From positions 33,356,001 to 33,420,000 of the forward strand of contig NC_045138.2 of the NCBI RefSeq assembly GCF_008831285.2: a stretch of DNA of 64,000 bases. Direction: 5' to 3'. The notes beneath the pieces were generated by a model. That model saw only the letters and a program-made list of their open reading frames with translations, was not told where the DNA came from and made no database searches. Positions 56,541-64,000 of this stretch are shown here, one piece after another. Position numbers and translations under genes: made by a program. The stretch's first letter is position 1, and every line of letters begins with the position of its first letter. The DNA comes from Nymphaea colorata (Eukaryota).

Positions 56541-59290
56541 TAATAATTCTAATCAACGTTACCTAGTACAAGAATTCCCAAAAACACCCATTAACATCTA
56601 TGACCCTTGTCTGCTCTTTTTTTTCTAGTTTATTTCGAATAATACCCTTTCTGCTACACGCATGCATATCCCTCACACACTTACATTTTACAATCTTCTA
56701 ACTCGTTCCTAATCCAAAAACTTCATATTGTCTATGGAAATTCACAGTTGATCACCACATATATGTACATAGTCCAGAATTACCCCTTATAATAGGTAAC
56801 AATTCCAATTTACACGTTATAATATTTACTCTTGTATTCATATGCATTTTAAATGCATAAATACCTATTTTTAAGGCTCCTTGGGCACAAATTCTTTTCT
56901 AATTACCCCTAGCCACATGAAATTCCATTTTTACCCTAATTTATAATTAATAGCAAAAAGATCAGATTTTTAATGGAAAAAAGCCACGTGATATCACATT
57001 TCTACCTTCTTGAAAGAAAAATTCATCTGCAGCTTTAGATTGCAGCTTTCTTTACAAAGATGAGGGTAATTCTTTTCCATGTCCAGCTCCAGTCCATCCT
57101 AGGCCTCCATAGCTATCCATGCAAGCCTCCCATACAAAGCTTTTAACACAAGGAATTCCTCCAGAGACCCAATGATCTTGCAAGTTCATTTTTCTCACCT
57201 TCCATGGCTGCCAACAAACGATTTTTGAAAGGTCATGTTCCAAGCATTTTTTGAAACAGGTGGAGGATATTCTTATGGCGCCCAAGTGAATCATAATCTC
57301 CTCTGCAACTATTGTCCATGGAATCCTTCTTGTATCATACCTACCCACCCAACTCCAAATCGACTTCACCACTGGACAAGTGAAGATTACATGGGCATTT
57401 TTCTCCTCCGCTCTTCCACACAGCGTACACCGATTGGGTAATTGCATCCCCATTTCTTAATCCTATAAAACGTGGAGAGGTGATTTTGGTAGTAGGTGAA
57501 CCAACAAGCTCTAGGTAGAGCCTTTTGATTCCACACCTTTTTAAACCAGTCATGAGTGGTGTCTCTTGTTCACAACTCCTTCCAAATTTCTCTACTCCTC
57601 AACTCAGTACAAGCTTTGGAGATTCAGACTAACTTATCTCTCTCAGCTGAAAACTGAATATGATTCAGGAACAAACCTGGGACCGTGGTGCCCATACTGC
57701 TGTACTTTTCTTAGGTACAATTCTCTATCTCTTCCCCCCCTTGCTGAATAGATCACCACTTAAATGGGCAAATAAGAATCTGGTTTGACCAGCAGTTCAT
57801 CCAAAATTTAATCACATAACCATTAATCACATTACCATCTCCCACTTGCCATCTAACCTTCTTTTCTATCCATCGCCAGCCCCAGATTAGATTTTGCCAA
57901 CCCCAATAGCGCCTCCATGGCTTTCTCAAATCTCACGCACTCTGATGTTGCAAAATTATCAGGATGCCCCTGGTATACAAAAAGTAAAGCCCATCCTTAA
58001 GGGCAAAAAATTAGAAAATTAAAAGGGTAAATTTACCAAAATATTTCTTTTCCCCAAATTCCTTTCAGTGGATATTTTTGTAAAGCAACAACCACCCTCC
58101 ACTTGGACAGATTATTGATGGCATCCTCCACTTGGACAAAATCTTACATTGAGTCGCTCCCATTCAACCCTCCGATCACATGTTTCCCTTTCCATGACCA
58201 ATTATCGCTACAAAGCTAATTAGAAAATGAAATAATGTGCAAAAACCAGATTTTTCAAACTGGACCATGTAACCGATTTTCAAGTTACAAAATCCTGGTC
58301 AAGAATGAAAATGAGGACTGTTTTTCACTTGTCATTCAATACCTAACATGCAATTAAACCAATGAAAAAAAAGGAAGAGAAACTAGCTGACTCAAGGTGA
58401 GCTTCTTTCTTCACACCCCCCCCCCACCCCCATCACTCACTCCCATTGCAGCTTCTCCTTCTTTCTTTTTCCTTTTTTTGCTCCCACATAAACTCTCTGC
58501 TCCATTCCCTTCTGTCCCTCTCTTGTTCTCTCTTTCTCTCAATCTCCCTCCGTTTTATTCAGCCTCTCAATCTGTCGCTGTCTCCGATCCACAGGCCTTT
58601 CTCTCTCATCTATCCCCCTTTTTAATTTGGATGGAACATGAGAGTTGGTGGGTGAGGTTGAGTTAGTCTGGACCTTTTGGTCAAACTCAACTCCCCTCCC
58701 TCATTTCGCTTATGTATGCTTTTTAAGAAATAACTCTAATCAACATGAACTAACACAAGAATTCTCAAAACCACCCTCTTACATCCATGAACTTCGGTTG
58801 CTGCTTTTTTTCTGGTTTATTTCCAATAATACCCTTTTTGCTGTACACGCCCATATACACATTGTACAATCTCCTAAGTTCTAACTCATTCCTGACCCTA
58901 GAATTTCATATTTTCTATGGAAATTCAGGGTTCATCACCACATATATGTATATATTCCAGAATTACCCTTTATGGAGTTATGGTAGGTAACAATTACAAT
59001 TTACACATTATAATATTCGCCCTTGGATTCATATGCACTTCAGAAGCATAAATACCTATTTTTAAGGCTCCTTGGGCATAAATTCATTGCTAATTATCCC
59101 TAGCTACATGAAATTCCATTTTTACCCCAATTCATAATTAAAATAGCAAAAAGATCTGATTTTTAATCAGAAAGCCACATGATATCACATTTCTACCTTA
59201 ATAAAAGAAAATTTCATCCTCCATCTTTAGATTGTACCATTCTTTACAAAAGATAGGGGTAATTCTTTTCCTTGTCCAGCTCCAATCCAT
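56541..59290. repeat. Pair of ~550-bp diverged direct repeats (56541-57098 and 58729-59290)
   Basis: Collinear shared blocks: ctaatcaac..acaagaattc, ataccttt..ctg, ccagaattaccc, gcataaatacctatttttaaggctccttgggca, catgaaattccatttttaccc, gggtaattcttttcc.tgtccagctcca.tccat. Confidence 0.85.
57100..57990 (-). mobile_element. LINE (L1-type non-LTR retrotransposon) ORF2 remnant, zf-RVT region
   Basis: Minus strand reads GYVIKFWMNCWS (FWxDxW-like motif), then HDWFKKVWNQKALPRACWF..LSTFYRIKKWG, then after a frameshift MQLPNRCTLCGRAEEKNAHVIFTCPVVKSIW. This is the Cx2C..H..C knuckle that follows RT in plant LINEs. Confidence 0.8.
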
Positions 59291-59544
59291 AGGCACATTC
59301 TTTGCGGAAATGGTGTTGCTAATCTACTCTTGACTAACCAAATCCGCTTGGTCTAAAGCACATGTTTTATTCTATCCACAATCCTATGTGCTTATCTTCA
59401 ATTGTTATGTCATCATATATCTGAATATCCTTGAAATTTACTATGTATTTTGAATCTACCACATATTGCAGAAACATAGATACATGGAAGACAGGTGTAT
59501 ACTTGACTGAACTTGGGAGGTAGTGCTAGTCTGTAAGCCAGTTC

Positions 59545-62500
59545 TCCAATTCAAGATCATAAATTGTTCATATAGTACATCTTTTCCCAAATAGTCCACA
59601 ATCAACATCTCTAACCGTCAATCATACGTCCCAACATTTATTTGATGAAAAAGAATATCATAGAAATGATAGAAGATGAAATGTGGAAATTTGGACCAGA
59701 GGTCTAATCTAACCCAGACAAGGTGTTGAACTCGGATTTTAAATCTCGATATGAATCATAAGTCTAATCCGACTTGGCATAAGTGTTGAATTTTAGTTTG
59801 CGATCAATACCTTGGGTTTGGACCAGAGGTGTTATTGTCCGTCTTTAGGTGTTGGAATTGGATTTTGCAAAAACAGTGTAAATCACAAGTCTAATATGAT
59901 CATATTTAAATGTACTGCTTTGATTTGCATTTAAGTATAGGATCGAGTCATCGACATGTACGATCCACTTTTCGACATCATGTGGGTGATCTCCTAAGCA
60001 TCCCAATAAACAAGGTGAAAGGACATGAGTAATGAAAAGTATCCTTGTCCAATTGATCAATATTTCAATCTTTTGAATATCCTAATCCATGATTCAAATA
60101 TTTATACCAATCTTCTTGACAAAATAATCCAAATAATCATTGAAGATCACAAAGTTTTCATATAGTATACTTCTCATTTTCTAAAATAGTCCACAATCAA
60201 CTTCTCAAACCGTCAATCATACGTCAAACATTTATTTGACGAGAAGGAATTTCATAGAAATGATAGACGATGTCAAATGGCAATTTGGACATAGGTCTGA
60301 TTTGAACCGGACAAAATGTTGAACTCGAATTTAAAATCTCGGTAAAAATCAGAAGTCTAATCCAATCCTGGCATAACTGTTGAATTATGGTTCGGGACCA
60401 ATGATTTGAATAAGACGCTTAACCTGATTCCCATCTTGGGTCTGGACCAGAGGTCTAATCTATCCTCCTTTAGGTGTTGGATTTGGATTTTGCAACAACA
60501 GTGCAGATCATAAGTCTAATATGATCATATTTAAATGTAGTGCATCGATTTGCATTTAAGTGTAGGATCGACACCTACGATCAAATTTTCAGCATCATGT
60601 GGATGATCTCCTAAGCATCCCAATAAACAAGTTGAAAGAACCTTAGTAATGAAAATGATCTTTGCCCAATTGATAAATATTTCAATTTTCTATGCATAAT
60701 TATAACATACGAAATATTCAATACAAGATCTTTGAACGAGGAACATCAAAGATAATTATCCAACATTGGAATATCCTAATCCATGATTCAAATATTTATA
60801 TAAATCTTCGTGACAAAATAATCCAAATAATCATTGAATATCACAAAGTGTTCATATAGTATACTTCTCCTTTTCTAAAATAGTCCAAAATCAACTTCGC
60901 AAACCATCAATCATACGTCCAACATTTATTTGACGAGAAAGAATTTTATAGAAATGATATAAGATGTCAAATGACAATTTGGATCAGAGGTCTCACCTGA
61001 CCCGGACAAAATGTTGAACTCGGATTTAAAATCTCGTAATGAATCAGAAGTCTAGTCTGATCCGGCATAACTGCAGAATTATGGTTTGGGACCAAGATTT
61101 GAATAAGACGCTTAACCTAATTCTTATCTTGGGCGTGGACTAGAGGTCTTATCTGTCCGCCTTTAAGTGTTGGATTGGATTTTGTAACAATAGTGTTGAT
61201 CACAAGTCCAATATGATCATATTTATATGTAGTGCATCGACTTGCAATGAAGTGTAGGTTCGACACCTCCGATCCACTTTTCAACAACATGTGGGTGATC
61301 TCCTAAGCATCCTAATAAACAAGTTGAAAGAACATGAGTAATGAAAATGATCATTGTCCAATTGATAAATATTTCAATTTTCCATGCATAATTATAACAT
61401 ACGAAATATTCAAAACAAAATCTTGCAATGGGGGACATGATAGATAATTTCAAGGTTGAATTATCCAAATATGGTTCAAATATTAATATCAATCTTCTTG
61501 ACAACTGTCCAAAAATAATTGAATATCATAAATTGTTCATATAGTACACATCACTTTTTCTAAAATCGTCCACAATCGACTTTTCGAACCACCACTCATA
61601 CATCCAATATTCATTTGACGAGAATGGATATCATGCCAATGATACACAATGTCATATTGGCACTTTGGATCAGAGGTCTGACCTGACCCAGATAAGCAAT
61701 TGAGCTCGGATTTAAAATCTCGATTGGAATCAGGGGTCTAATCTGATTCGTCTTCGGTGTTGCTCGAATTTAAAATCTCGATTTGAATCAGGGGTCTAAT
61801 CTGATCCATCTTAGGTGTTGGATTTTGATTTGGAAAAAATGATTTAGCCTATAGGCCGAATTTGATTCAATTAAGATGTTGAATTTGGATCAGGTGTCTC
61901 ATCTGATCCGGTATAAACGTTGAAATTTAGATCATAGGTTCGAAACCAGAGGTGTGATATGTCCTGCTTTAGGCGTTTGCAACCAAAGTCTAGATCACAA
62001 GTCTAATATGATCTTCTTTAGATGTTGTACTTGGGTCTGGAAATGCTCGTGATCTACATTCCACTTTTCAGCATCATGTGGCAATCTCCTAAGCATCCTA
62101 ATAAACAAGTTGAAAGGTCAAAAGTAATGAAAATGGTCATTGTCCTAAGATAAGGATTTTAAATTTCCATGCAGAAATAAACAAGTTGAAAGGTCAAAAG
62201 TAATGAAAATGGTCATTGTCCTAAGATAAGGATTTTAAATTTCCATGCAGATTTATTACATATGAAATACTCAATACAAGATCTTTGAACGATGAACATC
62301 AAAGATAATTATCCAACTTTGGAGTATCCTCATCCGTAGTTCAAATATTTATACCAATCTTCTTGACAAAATAATCTAAAGAATCATTAAAGATCATAAA
62401 GTGTTCATATATTATACTTCTCCTTTTCTAAGATAGTCCACAATCAACTTCTCAAACCGTCAATCATACGTCCAACATTTATTTGACGAGAAAGAATTTT

Positions 62501-64000
62501 TTAGAAATGATATAAGATGTCAAATGGCAACTTGGAACAGACGTCCCATCTGACCCGGACAAAATGTTGAACTCGTATTTAAAATTTCGTTATGAATGAG
62601 AAGTCTAGTCCGATCCGGCATAAGTCTTGCACTTTCGTTTGGGACCAATGACTTGAATAAGAGGGTTAACCTGATTCTTATCTTGGGCGTGGACTAGAGG
62701 TCTTATCTGTCCGCCTTTAAGTGCTGGATTTGGATTTTGCAACAATAGTGTAGATCACAAGTCTAATATGTTCATAATTAAATGTAGTGCATCGATTTGC
62801 AATAAAGTGTAGGATCGACACCTACGATCCACTTGTCCAATTGATAAATATTTCAATTTTCCATGCATAATTATAACATACGAAATATTCAATACAAAAT
62901 CTTGCAATGGGGGACATGATAGATAATTTCAAGGTTGAATTATCCAAATATGGTTCAAATATTAATATCAATCTTCTTAACAACTGTCCAAAAATAATTG
63001 AATATCATAAATTATTCATATAGTATACATCACTTTTTCTAAGATCGTCCACAATCGACTTTTCGAACCACCACTCATACATCCAACATTCATTTGACGA
63101 GAATGGATATCATACCAATGATACACAATGTCATATTGGGACTTTGGATCAGAGGTCTGACCTGACCCAGATAAGCAATTGAGCTCGGACTTAAAATCTC
63201 GATTGGAATCAGGGGTCTAATCTGATTCGTCTTCGGTGTTGCTCGTATTTAAAATCTCGATTTGAATCAGGGGTCTAATCTGATCCATCTTAGGTGTTGG
63301 ATTTTGATTTGGAAAAAATGATTTGGGTTATAGGCTGAATTTGATTCAATTAAGATGTTGAAGTTGGATCAGGGGTCTCATTTGATCCGCTATAAACGTT
63401 GAAATTTAGATCATAGGTTCGAAACCAGAGGTGTGATACGTCCGGCTTTAGGCGTTTGCAACCAAAGTCTACATCACAAGTCTAATATGATCTTCTTTAG
63501 ACGTTGTACTTGGGTCTGGATATGATCGTGATCTATATTACACTTTTCAGCATCATGTGGCAATCTCCTAAGCATCACAATAAACAAGTTGAAAGGTCAA
63601 AAGTATTGAAAATGATCATTGTCATAAGATAAGGATTTTAAATTTTCATGGACATTTATTACATATGAAATATTCAATACAAGATCTTTGAACGAGAAAC
63701 ATCAAAGATAATTATCCAACTTTGGAATATCCTCATCCATGGTTCAAATATTTATACCAATCTTCTTGACAAAATAATCCAAAGAATCTTTAAAGATCAC
63801 AAAGTGTTCATGTAGTATCCTTCCCCTTTTCTTAAATAGTCCACAATCAACTTCTCAATCCATCAATCATACGTCCAACATTTATTTGATGAGAAAGAAT
63901 TTCATAGAAATGAGAGAAAATGTCAAATGGCAAGTTGGACATAAGCCTGATCTGAACCGGGCAAAATGTTGAACTCGGATTTAAAATCTCGGTATGAATC
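59545..64000. repeat. Long-period tandem array (~0.6-0.87 kb monomers, >=7 copies, ~1.5 kb higher-order dimer), continuing past the window end
   Basis: Anchor gtcca(c/a)aatc(a/g)ac recurs near 59592, 60188, 60882, 61567, 62436, 63047 and 63838. The blocks atctcctaagcatcc.aataaacaag, aagtctaatatgatc and tcggatttaaaatctcg recur in most units. Confidence 0.93.

Noticed and set aside
59545..64000. Repeat array considered as CRISPR, rDNA spacer or coding repeat
   Set aside because: No constant repeat with unique spacers, no rRNA similarity, and only short stop-interrupted ORFs; it behaves as a satellite-like array.

Overview
Eukaryotic, intron-containing flowering-plant nuclear DNA; no prokaryotic features, RNA genes or CRISPR seen. 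Left to right: the last coding exon of frataxin (301-430, +; missed by the ORF track); a two-exon BBX28/BBX29-type B-box gene (-) with an ACGTGGC-rich promoter; an intronless PBP1/KRP1-type EF-hand gene (-); then a ~28 kb cluster of G-type lectin S-domain receptor-like kinases. The cluster holds three intact 7-exon RD-kinase genes and three relics. The window ends with Copia and LINE remnants and a long-period tandem array with higher-order structure (59.5-64 kb, running off the edge). Most notable: (i) an apparently intact SD1-type kinase whose ectodomain is reduced to a single B-lectin domain, with no S-locus/EGF/PAN region; (ii) a neighbour with an At2g19130(SD2)-like ectodomain on an SD1-type kinase; (iii) a gene neighbourhood that matches, from memory, several Arabidopsis blocks. 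Exon boundaries were derived by hand from GT/AG sites and frame continuity. Family assignments rest on recalled motifs, not on database searches.
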